DNA of 50,817 bases, the filler included, from Dirinaria sp. TL-2023a (taxonomy: Eukaryota), in the NCBI GenBank assembly GCA_051941275.1. It is 3 parts of 3 records of this genome, joined end to end, with 100 filler letters (N's around TTAATTAATTAA, not from the genome) between each part and the next. Parts side by side here need not be neighbours in the genome. Positions count along the whole stretch, not along the records: positions 1 to 16,883 come from JAVEBF010000468.1; positions 16,984 to 33,864 come from JAVEBF010000469.1; 1 more part is not named here. The stretch is one strand, 5' to 3'. The notes beneath the pieces were generated by a model. It was given only the letters and a program-made list of their open reading frames with translations. It made no database searches and had not been told where the DNA came from. A program made the translations under genes and the position numbers. Below, piece by piece: positions 11,084 through 22,924 of the stretch. Numbering within the stretch: position 1 is the first letter of the stretch; every line of letters begins with the position of its first letter.

Positions 11084-12643
11084 TCAGTGGCCAGCACCAT
11101 CAACCCTTTCCACACCGTTGCATCCATTCGCATTGCTGTAATCTTTGGCAAGCTTGCCCTTTCCGCCAAGGCTGCCAAATACTGCCTCTATCACCTTGCA
11201 TACTCGTTTGACAATCTCTTCCACGTCGGTCGTCGATACTGTGTACGGTGGTGCTAATAAGCAATGATCACCGTGCCAACCGTCAGCCGAACCTGAAGCG
11301 GTGAAAAGACTGATGTTGTATCCTTCTTGGAGGCCTGTGCTTGATAATCGTTTCGCGACGTTGAAACGTGAATCTAGAGGTTTCTTGGAGACCCTGTCTG
11401 CCACGAACTCTATGCCCCAGAAGAGGCCACGGCCCCGTATATCCCCCACATTGGGATGGTTGTCTAGGCGGTTGTGAAGCAAAGCTCCTAGATAATCGCC
11501 CATGTGCCCAACGTTGGCAACGAGGCTCTCTTCTTCGACAATTTTCTGAACCTCCAAGGCTGCGGCACAACTTGCTGGATATGACTGATAGGTCTGCCCA
11601 TGGGTAAAGAAACCACTGCCTTCCTTAAGGCCGGCAATGATTCGCTCGTTGACCAGCAAAGCCGATATCGGCGCGTATCCAGCCCCAAGTGCCTTCCCAA
11701 TTGCTTGGATATCGGGGACAACGCCCTCCTGCTCCCACGCATGGAGTGTGCCTGTTCGGCCCATTCCACACATGACCTCATCAAAGATTAGTAAAGCTCC
11801 ATAGCGATCACATACGTTTCTGATGGCTTGAAAATAGCCAGGGACTGCTGTCACACAGCCGAGTGTCTGGGATATGCTATCAACACAATGCCACATATTG
11901 GACTGGGAGCAAACCGTACGGTTCCCACCATCGGCTCTGCAATGAAAGCACAAACAGTATCAGGTCCGAGCCTTTGGAACTCGTCTTCCAGCTCCTGAGC
12001 GAGTCTGGAAACATACTCTGTTGAGGTCTCTCCGCTCTTCATGCCACGGTACGGATTGCAGGCTGACACTCGACTTATGTTGTCCGACACCAAAGCTTCG
12101 AAAGGCCATTTTCGCGCTTTAAAGTCTCCTGCTGCAAGGGTACTGATGGTTGCGCCGTGCCAGGAGCCGTCTCTTGCTATGAAGCGGTACCGTGGCGTCT
12201 CTGCTGACTGCTCGAGAAAGTATTGCCTTGCAAGCTTCATTGCAGCTTCCATGGCCTCAGACCCTAGAGTCCGGTCAGAAACATCGATATCCGAGCCTCC
12301 TTCCAAAAGAGGTCATACCTGATCCGAGAAAACAGGCGCGAGCCATCTTTCCATTGGTTGATTTGACCAAGTTGTCGGCCAATTGTTGCGCACATGCCGT
12401 CATGAAGAAGCCTGGATAGCAATACTCGACTTGCTTAAGCTGTGCCGCCACAGCCTTCTGCACACGCTCGTTGCCATGGCCAATAGCTGATACAGCTGCT
12501 CCGCCAGTAGCATCCAGAATCTTTCTCCCATCAGACAATTTCAGATAGAGACCTGAACCAGATTCAACGCTAAGATAAGAGTCATTCGAATGGGCATGCT
12601 TGTATAGGTATGCCTCCGAGCTGGCCTCGGTAATAGAACCCAT
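11084..12643 (-). CDS. Class-III PLP-dependent aminotransferase; exons 12643-12319, 12263-11920, 11866-11084
   Basis: Motifs ILDATGGAAVSAIGHG, SGSEAMEAAMK, SWHGAT, AFIAEP, LIFDEVMCGMGRTG, PLP-lysine GKALGAGY, HGQTY and RGRGLFWGIE. Two GT-AG introns restore the frame. Confidence 0.93.
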
Positions 12644-14830
12644 ACTTGACTTTTAAGTTCTTGTGCTGGCAGCTAAGCCTTTTTATCTTTAGAATCCCGT
12701 GCTGACGCAAGCCGCAATAGAGCAACCCTCCTTTTCACTTAGCTGATGTTTAAGAAGCTCATAAAAAAACATTGGGTCTGATCTAATCCGGATTACTACT
12801 CTGCACTACCGGCTTGCTGAAAAACGTGGGGGGACTAGGGAATGAAACTGCCACGGAGGTGCAGAGCAATATATACACAGCGCCATGAAGCAAACATACC
12901 TAGGTTTGCCATGCTGCAAACGCGTCTATACAGAGGCATTAAGCGAGATTGCCAACACAGCCAACAGGCTGGCAGGTTTTGCCCATGAGCAAGGTTGCCA
13001 GAGACATGCCCCTCACTGGCAGTGAAGCACACCCTTTCTGCAACTGATTATCCATGCTGAGCCTGTCCGGCGATGACGCTCCTCTGCTCTCGCGTAAGAT
13101 CTCAGTTCTGTCCGATGATACATGCCGGCTGTTGTATGTACCTAAGTCAGCATTGAAAGTCTATGTCCGTGCTAGGTACTCGTGCTAGGTATCTAGTCAT
13201 ATTCTTCAAATGCTGTCTTCTTCGGATGTTGTCGGCGCAGATAAGGGAGAATACTACGCTTCCTACACCAGTGGCGAGACGCCTCGCGGCACTGAGCAGA
13301 GCATGTAAGATGATGTTAGCTTTTCAAAATGAGCTCCCGTTCGACAGGGTGTCATGGCGGCCGCCCAGCGCCTGCTGCTTCTTCTTGGCTAGACCATGTT
13401 CATCCCTTGGTAACCCGGTAAGCTACTTTCGCCCAGAGCCGCAGACGCCAAATGCTCTTGCAGCCACTCAGTGGAGAGGCTGGCTCTGACGTGAGAATTC
13501 CATCATTTTCCAGACGTGTCAAAGCGCATATGGTGTGACGCGACCCTTTGACAGCTGGGCAATGCTCACTTCTTAAGACAATCCATCTTTGAAGCCATTG
13601 AATGCATCTCGATATAAAGGGGCGCGTGGTAGATGGGGTTAGTGTCGTGTGGGGGAAGCCAGAGAAAAGGTTGGCGTTCCTCGGGCCCAGCCTCTAGCCC
13701 AAGGGAAACCGATCCATCATCCTGCGCTAGAATCTATAAATCGCGAAGCTCTACGGTGGTACTTCCGTACCTAAAGTATAGACTTGGCGATCTCCGCCGG
13801 GAAACGTACTGTATATTGTGGGGAAATCCCGAGTCCCCGAGTCCCGCCGGGATGCAGCTTACTAACAAGCCTGCGTTTAAGCGGGGAACTTGCAGGTGCA
13901 TCCCCAAGCTTCAGAACAGCAGCGAGCAATGGAGAGTCCTTTTGGTAAGCATCAGTTGCAATTCCTGATCCAGTCACTCTAAGCGATCTCGATGAGTGAG
14001 ACCTGGGGGAACTTCGTGATCGACAGCGGCGTGTCTAGACCGCCTCCCACTCTGCTGCATAGCACATTAATTGAGACCCCAATGCCGGGACTTTTGTGGG
14101 CGGGGGAGAGAATTCGGTGCCTTCCACGATCGGGTGATTCCGGAGATCATTGCGTGACGGGCACGTAATCTGACCTTATCAATCTATAAGGTAAGGTAGG
14201 CTGCTTCTTTCCCATGAAGTTTGGCACTTGAATCAATTACAGTATAATAAATCACACCATAAGCTTGGGCTTTCAGGACATTTCCTACCATACACCTTGA
14301 CGAGAGCGAGCCCCCACAGAATCCATGTCGTGTATCAAGACCAGAAAATTTTTAATTTTGAGTTTCCGCTAGAATGGGCGCACGGCAATTTGCATATAAC
14401 GAAAGGGCCGATGATGATGATGCACCATGGTCATGATGATGGTGATGAATTCTATTTTGGTTATTCTAGGTATCGACGGTACCTAAGGTAGGTAAGCCGG
14501 GTCGAGGGGTCAGGTCGTAGTGCTAAAAGGGGCCGCCTGGCTTGGCATGCGGAGCTACTTCCTGGCCTAAAGTAGCACATGCACCACCCCAACGTCCATC
14601 AACACTGAGACACTCATCTCGAGTAATTGTTAGTTCGTTTCCTTCAAGCACAATTGGTGGCGACTTTTCTTTTGATCGGTACTTTTTGCCCAAACACGAT
14701 TTTTGCAATGTGGGACAAATCGGTACACTGGACAAAACTTCCCGTGGAAGTGATCATTACACGTACTTTGGGCAACTCGGATCGCTAAACTTTTCAGACT
14801 TTGAATCATGACGCTTGCATCTCGATCAAG

Positions 14831-14860
14831 CTCTCTCTCTCCTCTCTCTTTCTCTCTCTC
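14831..14860 (+). repeat. Imperfect (CT)n microsatellite
   Basis: ctctctctctcctctctctttctctctctc read directly from the sequence. Confidence 0.85.
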
Positions 14861-16883
14861 TGTCTGAGCACGATGACGCTAAATCGTAGACATCGATGAG
14901 TTGTCCTGTTCTCGCGAGTGGCGTACGCATACGACGCGCACCCGCACGGCACGCACGGGCATGACAAGTTACTTTAAGTCATGGAATTCATAACGCTGAT
15001 ATCAGATAATCGAAAATCAGCGTATAGGGAACGCTCCTAGACTGGTAACTCAATTGCTAGACGGGCAGTGGAATGGCGTCGTCAATGATAAGAAAGCCCT
15101 GTAAAAGGTTGGGGGGGGGGAAAGGGGAGGAAACAAACTCTGAGCTTGTATAGTGAGAATCACCGTGTTAGTTTTCGTGATGCGCCGCTTCTAATTTCCT
15201 GTCCCAACTGGCTTTCTTTGCTCCCTGCAGACTCGGGATTCTGCACGTTATACTACCTCGTCTCGTTTAGTGCTGCAATGAGACTCAGTCACGAGGATAG
15301 GTGAAGAATTCGCGGAGTACGGTGCTTGTGAGTCAGGCATATACTCGGCAGCAGTACAGTGGGGTCTCTGGATTCTGCTTCAATTAAGCTACTTATCTCC
15401 ATGTCGATAGAAGCAGGCAGGTTCGGGTGCCCCGATACTATGTACGAGTACAAATACAGGTAGACCTCTCGTCGCCATCAGCCCGTCCAACGGACCGGAT
15501 GATGAAAACTCTCTTTTTGAAGAGCTACACCACGGCTTTTTAATGGGTGCATGATGGATTTTATCCAATGGTTCTTGTTGCATTACTCTTTCCCGCGGTT
15601 GAAGGAGCGGGATGGCTTATAATTTCTCCTTGACGTATTTTATTAAATTGCGATTCTTCACGTCTCCAGCACGGGTTGATTGTGGGAAAACCTTCACAAT
15701 CCACTCATTTTCCTATCATACTGGTCTGGTTTCGGGTACCCTCTATTTCTTGATAATTAGGCAAAGCTCGAGCTATTTGTTCAGGGCTTTGAATCTTGTT
15801 AAGCATAGGGAATTCAATTGTGGACCATTTGAACATTTTCTTGCGTCAGGCGAGGGAGCTGTGGTATCGAGGAAGAAGTCTCGAATCAAAAATTAAAAAA
15901 ATCCTGTGGATAAATCAATTTCGTACCAGTCGCCAAAAGCACTAGTAAATGTTCGATGTCACTAACTTCTGCGAAGATGCAATAAGAAATAACTATTGGA
16001 GAAATAAGCAGTACAAGAGAATCGCTACCTAGGATGCCGAATGAATTTCGTGTTCGGGACTTCCTCTTTCCCCCCTTTTTTTTTCTATGCGAGTATGTAC
16101 GTTCGAGACACAGCAGTCAGCCGACAGCCAAGAAACAAAACTTCTAAGCCTTTCTTGTCTCGACTGCTTTTTCGAGGGGTATTGTAGTTAAAAAGTAATG
16201 GTCTCCCCGCTGATGCTCGATCTTCCGCGAGGACGAAGAACCAGATCCAAAAAAAAAAAAACAAAGGCGAAAGGAGAGCAAGGTCGAAGACTTGATAATG
16301 CGTGGGGAGACTTAGGAAGCATTAGAAGGCGCTAGCTGGATAGTCTGCGTCAGGTAGGTATGTCCCCGATTATTTTCACGCATACCTGTCCCTTGAGTGC
16401 CGGGGTTTTCATATATTCCAGATTCGAGCCTATACACCAAGATAGGGAGGTCCTGTTCTGCTTCTTGACCTTACCTTACCTTATGGGATCCCTTTATGAT
16501 CATGTTTTCAAACTATTTATTTCTAATCCCTTTTCAGAAGGAGAAAAGGGGGGAGGTGCCGGGGGAGGGGTCGTACTATACCAAATATACCGGGCTCTCC
16601 TTATGTACACAGCTCAGCTACCGCCTGACGCATACATCAGGTATACTGAAAGTCCAGTCCTAGATTTGAAAAGCGCCATTAAACTAGGATATATCTATCG
16701 TGTACTATTGAAAACTAATTTTCATCTTACTTCGTTCTTAACCCCCCGCACAGCACGGACAGAGACTAGCTAAGTCTTTAACAAAACTCCTCCCAAATTC
16801 TTTTCTTTTTTTTTTTTCGAAATTGCTTTTTTGCTTCAAAGATTCTGCAGGATTTGAAAAAAAATAGCTCGTATCTCCCGCCC

Positions 16884-16983
16884 NNNNNNNNNNNNNNNNN
16901 NNNNNNNNNNNNNNNNNNNNNNNNNNNTTAATTAATTAANNNNNNNNNNNNNNNNNNNNNNNNNNNNNNNNNNNNNNNNNNNN
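16884..16983. other. Artificial contig-joining spacer (44 N + TTAATTAATTAA + 44 N)
   Basis: Exactly 100 bp. The central 12-mer gives stop codons in all six frames, and the spacer is identical to the one at 33865. Confidence 0.97.
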
Positions 16984-17196
16984 GAAGACCCAGGCTCGAG
17001 CTTACATGAACTTAGAGCCCCTAATTCGACAGAGACAGCGCGGATGGTTCTAATGACCTTGAGCTGCTGTACCCTTCAATCTGCTGATGATGCTTTCTGA
17101 AGCCGGCAGACCGTACGCGTGTTGGCGGAAAGCTGGTAAGCATTGTCTTTGGTTGCTGCGAAGTCAAGGCATCCGTGGAAGCTAACACGATAATAG

Positions 17197-17950
17197 ATCG
17201 GTCGAGGGACGAAAGTGCAAGTTCGTTCAATAAAGACACCAGACCCGAAGTCCAGCTCTACGCCATTGATCGGTGCGTCCTATGTGCCAGAAAACACTAA
17301 CTCAGCGAACGGCGTCTCTTTTTTGGCCGCAGGCTCAGGTTGAAGAACGCTCGTGGGACCTAGTGTCTCATGCCAACACAGCTTCTTCAACAAAGATCCT
17401 CGTTATTTTGGGATCACGCAACACCCACTGCCCAGGTGGCTCCGCATCCAAGAATCCGCGGAGCACCCCCGAGGACGAAATCCTCGACTGTGTAGTTACG
17501 CCAAGGCACGCTTCCTCGAGGAAGGCCTTGGTGGTGCTCACGCTCAGCCAGGCGGATACTGGACAGCACATGATGGCAAAACCAGTCACCGTCGGTGAAG
17601 CTCTCTTCGACAAGTCTGTTATATCCAGAGCTTGTTGGTAAAGAACCGAGCTTTTCCAGCATCAGCTATGGCAATCACTCCTAACGTAACGACTTTGCTG
17701 TTACATACCTAGGCCGAAAGGAACCCAGTCAATCTGCGTGCTCCGAAATCGTCATTTCGGAAGCACGGAACACTCGTTGTGGCTGGTTCTCGACAGAGGC
17801 TGGCAAAGATGAGATCCTCGACTATGTGGTCATCCCGAAGCACGCTTCCTCGAAGAAGGCTATAGTAATCTTCACGCCGAGCCAGGCGGATGACGTCCAG
17901 CAAATGATGGCAAAACCAATGACCGGCAGTAACGCTCTCGTAAAGTATGT
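17197..17950 (+). pseudogene. Decayed multi-exon gene containing a tandemly duplicated exon of unknown function
   Basis: Two homologous coding segments (17399-17613 and 17748-17944) each follow a splice acceptor and end at an equivalent donor. The splice phases do not join into one open frame. Confidence 0.45.
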
Positions 17951-19899
17951 TACATACGCGGACCAAAGAGGAACAGGCCAATCTATGCAGCTCTGTTCAC
18001 GCGTAGTCGCCTGTACTGCCTCCGACTCTTGTCACGCCGGGCCTTTGCAGTGCCAAACATGCACATTTTTCTAAGCTGGAGAAGGTGATCCCGTTTTTGC
18101 ACGCCATTTAGCGTGGTCCTACAGGCAAGGGGTATTTGGACGCTGCGGCAGAAAAAATGATTCCGGAATCCTGAGAGCATCTCGAGGAGATTGCTCTCCA
18201 TGATGTGCTGGAGATGAGTAAAGGCTTAGAAGTCAAATGCAAAACATTGGAGGTGGAATCTTCTGTAAGTTTGCATGCCCTCATCTCTAGGGCTTCTTCT
18301 TTCTTTGGCTTTCTCCGGGGGTTAGGCTTGAGATTGATCCTTGGGTTTTCCTTTTGACTTCTCGGGCCTTTGGACGATCTATCCTCCTCGATAGCCTTTT
18401 CGCTGACTGCTTGTTCATTGGATCGAAGCTAATAGGATATAGGAGATTTTAGAGAAGAAAAAGGCGATGTTGGATAAAGCAATTGAGCAAGCGATGCATG
18501 CCATTCAAGCCACGCGTGAAGAGACCCTGAATAGCAGGAGCTTGAGGAGACGCAAGCACCCTGCTTGCGAATTGAGGCCGGATTTTCGATCTATGAGCGG
18601 CAGCTCCAGGGTAGAATAAAGATTGTCGAGTGTACAGTTGAAATTTTGAGGAAGACGAAGACAGTCGGAGACAGACACTGGAGGAGTACAATAAGCTGAC
18701 ATTGGACCTTACCGACAAGGAGAGCCAGCTCGAGATTTAAGGATCAAGCGCTTGTGCTCGGCATGTCGACAGAACCCTGGACCACCCAAGAGATCCTCTT
18801 CGTGGTGAATCCATCATGTCCCAAATTCAGGCTCTTCTGCAGCACTTCAGTCCAAGACTTTACCAAGGGTGACCATGTACGCCACAGCAGCCACCATCAC
18901 CAGTAAACTCTCCTCATTTTTTGGTCTTGCCGCATGGACTTGGACGAGAAGACTCTTGAAACGACTTTTCCGAGAGCTGAGTGCCTGAACTGTATCTTTG
19001 GACCAGTCGCCGGGGGCGAAGTAGCCGCACGCGGTGGGAGAAGTCCCACGTAGGATTCTCATCAATCAGGTCTTCACACTTGACATTATACTCCCGAGAG
19101 GATATGCTCAGCGGCCCATGCCTCTTCATACCATACATAAAGTCTTCAAGGGCTGATCCGGGTTTCGAAATCGAGAGCTTCAGTTCCTCGCTTACAAGGT
19201 TTTGGGCGCACTCGTGAACAGCAATGAGGTCTGGTTTTCGAGAACTTGGTAATATGCAGCCTCCGCCTTTCGCAGAGCATGCACTGTACCTTCCGTTGGA
19301 AATAGGCCTGATTCATGGTTTGGTAAGTCATATTTGGAGGTTTCCCAGCAAATTTGCTGACATCTACAGGATACCAAGCTGCAGCTGTGGCGGCCGATCG
19401 TATTCTCCAGTTCTCACAAGCTCCTAGTCGTAGCACGTATAAAATCGACTAACAAGCTTCATGTGCGCTCCAATTCGTTGAAATATTAAGCTGACATAGG
19501 TGATCTGCATTGGTAAATCTGTCGGTTCTTCTATAACGAGTTGCTCGGATTCCTTGAGCAACCTGGTTGACCTATTTTGTACTAGATCTCGCACCGCCGT
19601 CAGTGTGCATTTTTCTCTCTCTCTCGGCTTTGCTCCAGATGAAGAATTTGTATTTTCCTACGATCGCTCTGATATTTCTCTGTGCATAGTTTGATCTTCC
19701 TGTGCACCTTTTTTTCCGAGGGTATCTGTGGGCTCAAAACCTACATGGCCATGATGCGGTTGCCGGTCGTCAATACCGTGTAGCTCGACTCAGCCGGCCA
19801 GAGATTTGCTTTTGCTTATATAGTCTTGCCATCTATACTCACATTTATTTTCATCTATGGTTAATTTAACTTTGCTTTTCTTCCCTTCCTTTTTTGGAT

Positions 19900-21950
19900 A
19901 TTGGGCGTTTGGGCGTTATTGAGAGCTCATTCTGTGGACTTCAAGTCGAGAACTTTCAAATACCGTGAGAAAGCAGCTTCTGGTAGCTTCCGTCTTTGGG
20001 AAATGGTGGCTCCCGGCCCGCTGGGAAACGGTGGAGGTACCCAGCCACCGCTGGCCAACGAAGAGCAAAGGGAGAAGGAGAGGTCGTGTGGTTGGCCAAT
20101 GAAGAGCAAAGGGAGAAAGAGAGATCGCGTGAGATCTCTTTCCGGAAGGGACAAAAAGAGAACGCCAGTCCGAAGGTGAGGTTGGCCCACTCCTTGTGGA
20201 TCAGTGCAAATAGTAATCCAGAGAAGATATCGCCGAACAGGTATCTATCTTTCGAGCCAAAGGCGAGGACGACAAAGACAGCTTCTTTGATGAAGCGAAA
20301 TTGGTGGTGCGGGGTCTGTTGGCTCCGTGTCCGCAGGTAAGCCGCAATCAACGCCTGGAATACCTTGGCTTCGAACTTCAATATAACCATATGGGTACAG
20401 GAGCATCGACCGCCTACCCAGGCTGGGCAGCACTTCTGGTCATCACCCTTTTGCCACATCGCGCCGGCACGGACACAATGTGTCCAGAGAAAGGGGACGG
20501 AGCGAGCGAACAGCTCCAAGCAATAACTAGCAAGGGAGATTCGAGCTTTGAGAAGGTTACCGATGCCGAGAACATCGTGTTTTCCGAGACGGCGAAAGAG
20601 TCGAAGCCAGCAAGATGGGGAGTCGTTCGCATGACAAATCATAGCGTGGAAGGTGCAAAATCACCCACGGGTGCGCACGGCATCAACGCTCAAACGCGCA
20701 TGTTCGATTTACCTTCAGCCGATCAGAGACCTCCCCTTGCTTCTGCTAATGCTGCTGGCGATGTTCGACCAAGCCATGTATCCTGGGTTCCCAAATTACC
20801 CCAGTAATCATGCCATGGGTACAGCAATAGCTCCATGGCAATCGGTCGTCACAGCCAGCTTTCCGTCGACGGGTGACAATCTTGAAGAAACAGACTCTCA
20901 CGGTTATGAGCGACACCCTTGTGGAACGGGACTGGAATATCCTCAAAGCATATTTGCGCCGTCAACAGACGACGGCGCAAAACAATTCGTTCGCGCAGAG
21001 AGCAGCGTCACAAGGCCTCCGTCCTTGGGACCGGCAGCTTTTGGGGATTCTGTCCTCCGAACCCTGTTCGCGAAGGGTTCGGAGGACAAATCAAACGAGC
21101 AGACTCTGCCTGTGGAACGATGGTCAGTATCAGACAATCATCCTATCACAGTCGACGAGTATCGTGTCGTCTACGGCCAGCTCAGTCGTTGGCGCCAACA
21201 ACGGTTACATATCCTGAACGACATCCATGAACGGCGACAGCGGCCAGCCCGCCACGTCCCCATCCCGAGCGAACACGCCTTCCCTCACCTCATCAAAGTG
21301 TAGCTCCAGCCAAAGCAATCAAAGGATGTCCGAGAACAGGCGCAGACTGAGCGGTATGGGCGATAAGATTTGCCAGGCCTACTACTTTCTGGAAGCGGTA
21401 CATCTTCAATACGAGGCTGAGTGTAATACCACCGGTTGGGCTTTGCCTGAGCTAAACCCGTGCCTAAGGGGCAAGAGAGAGCTGATACAGCGGAGCGCTG
21501 GATAGTCGGATAACCGGCGGCCTATTTCTCAAGTCCGCAGAAGCGATAGACAGAGCGCCAACTCAAACGCGTAATGGTCTGTTCGTCAACCAAGGAACGT
21601 CCGTCGTCGACAGTCTTCTTCAGGACAACTATTATCCTAATCTTCGATCGCTGTCTCTTGCCTGTTTGCCAGTCCGCGAGGAGACGTATTGGAATGCTGG
21701 TGACTTCGGCCTCATTTCCAATTACTCTGGTAAATATAAGGCGCTGTTCCTCGACATCCATTGCGAGAGTTTGCGGCAGAATAGACGCGTCCATTACCAA
21801 AACCATCGGTCATGACGACGAACTCGGTGGATTTAGACTTGGATATCACCAGACCAGGAAAGTGTGAGCTGGAGGCCTTCGAGGTGGAGCTGGTGATGCT
21901 GGATGTTGGGAAGCTCGACGCTTATGGTTTTGGGGTTGCTCTGGTGAGGT
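19900..21950 (+). pseudogene. Probable decayed protein-coding region of unknown family
   Basis: Several overlapping protein-like ORFs in shifting frames (20301-20807, 20653-21303, 21227-21505), GT-AG-like sites and a frame-breaking duplication. No recognisable domain. Confidence 0.3.
20052..20131 (+). repeat. Imperfect 39-bp direct repeat, two copies, period 41
   Basis: tggccaacgaagagcaaagggagaaggagaggtcgtgtg versus tggccaatgaagagcaaagggagaaagagagatcgcgtg, with 4 mismatches. Confidence 0.9.
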
Positions 21951-22450
21951 AAAGGCTTATTCCGGCTCAATGAGGTACGATTTTTGGAATGCAATAAAAG
22001 GGCTGAGATGATGATTATCCGCAAGGAAGTTGTATGATGAAAATTTGAGAGCATTAATATTGCTTTACCAAAATCCAGTGAGCAAAATCCAGTGAGACTA
22101 TTTCATTTCTTTCCCATGGTGGTTACGATCTGCTTTCCTAATCGACCTCTTACTCATATCAGACTGAAAAGGGGCTACCTACTGAGCTGCTCCTTAGGCA
22201 AACCCGGTTAATGTTTGCACATCGGTGTCTCTATATTCCGCTCCGTCCACCTTACGATTTCGGGCTGGGAGCTCATTACGTCACACAACCGTCATTTGGT
22301 AGAGGAGAAGCTTCTGCAAAGCATTATTGGGACCGGTTTAAACTGAATCCGCTACAGAACCCTCTCCATACAAGAAGCTTCAGAAAATTACTCCGATACC
22401 ACAAATCCCCAAACAAGGTATTCAAAAGCAATTTCTTTAGCCGAGCAACC

Positions 22451-22924
22451 ATGGCATTCGCAGCTCGTTCTCGCCTCCTCCCTTTGGCACGACAAGCCCG
22501 ACTTTTCTCCAGCTCACCTCTGCGTGCTTCCGTGATAGATTCTGCAAAGGAGTCTGTCAAGAAGGCCGATCGTACAGTCTCTGATGCTGCGGTCAAGGGT
22601 ATCGAGAAGGGCGGTATGTCACTTCCACCACATTCGGCTACGTACTTTGCCTTTTGAGCTATGTCGCTGCAACCCGGAAAATCTTTTCCAAACCGTTGAG
22701 TGTTCCACAGACCAAGTTGCTGATCAATGCATACAGAGCAAGCATCTCAAAAAGCGAAATCTACTATCGGGCTGAAGACTGGCGAGACCAAGGGCACGGC
22801 GGCGGAAGTGACGGGCGAGGCCAAGGGAAAGGCGCAGGAGCTGGCTGGAGAGGCGAAGGGCAAGGCAAGCGAGGTTGCTGGAGAAGCGAAGGGCAAGACG
22901 GAGGAGGTGAAGTCGAAAATCTAA
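22451..22924 (+). CDS. LEA-domain protein (group-3-like 11-mer repeats) with probable mitochondrial presequence; exons 22451-22613, 22737-22924
   Basis: The N-terminus MAFAARSRLLPLARQARLFSSSPLR is Arg/Ser-rich with no acidic residues. Repeats AAEVTGEAKGK/AQELAGEAKGK/ASEVAGEAKGK. Phase-1 intron GTATGT...GCTGAT...CAG. Confidence 0.88.

Noticed and set aside
14410..14448. Met/His/Asp-rich peptide (MMMMHHGHDDGDE) as a metal-binding protein
   Set aside because: It arises from an (ATG/GAT)n simple repeat in a short TTG-started ORF with no other coding support.
16928..16939. Palindromic TTAATTAATTAA (also at 33909-33920) as a regulatory site or TE footprint
   Set aside because: It sits exactly centred between 44-N blocks twice, so it is an artificial six-frame-stop linker.
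22069..22096. 14-bp perfect tandem duplication CAAAATCCAGTGAG x2 (and an 11-bp duplication at about 5627-5650)
   Set aside because: Isolated two-copy slippage events with no spacers or element between them, so not CRISPR-like and not a supported target-site duplication.
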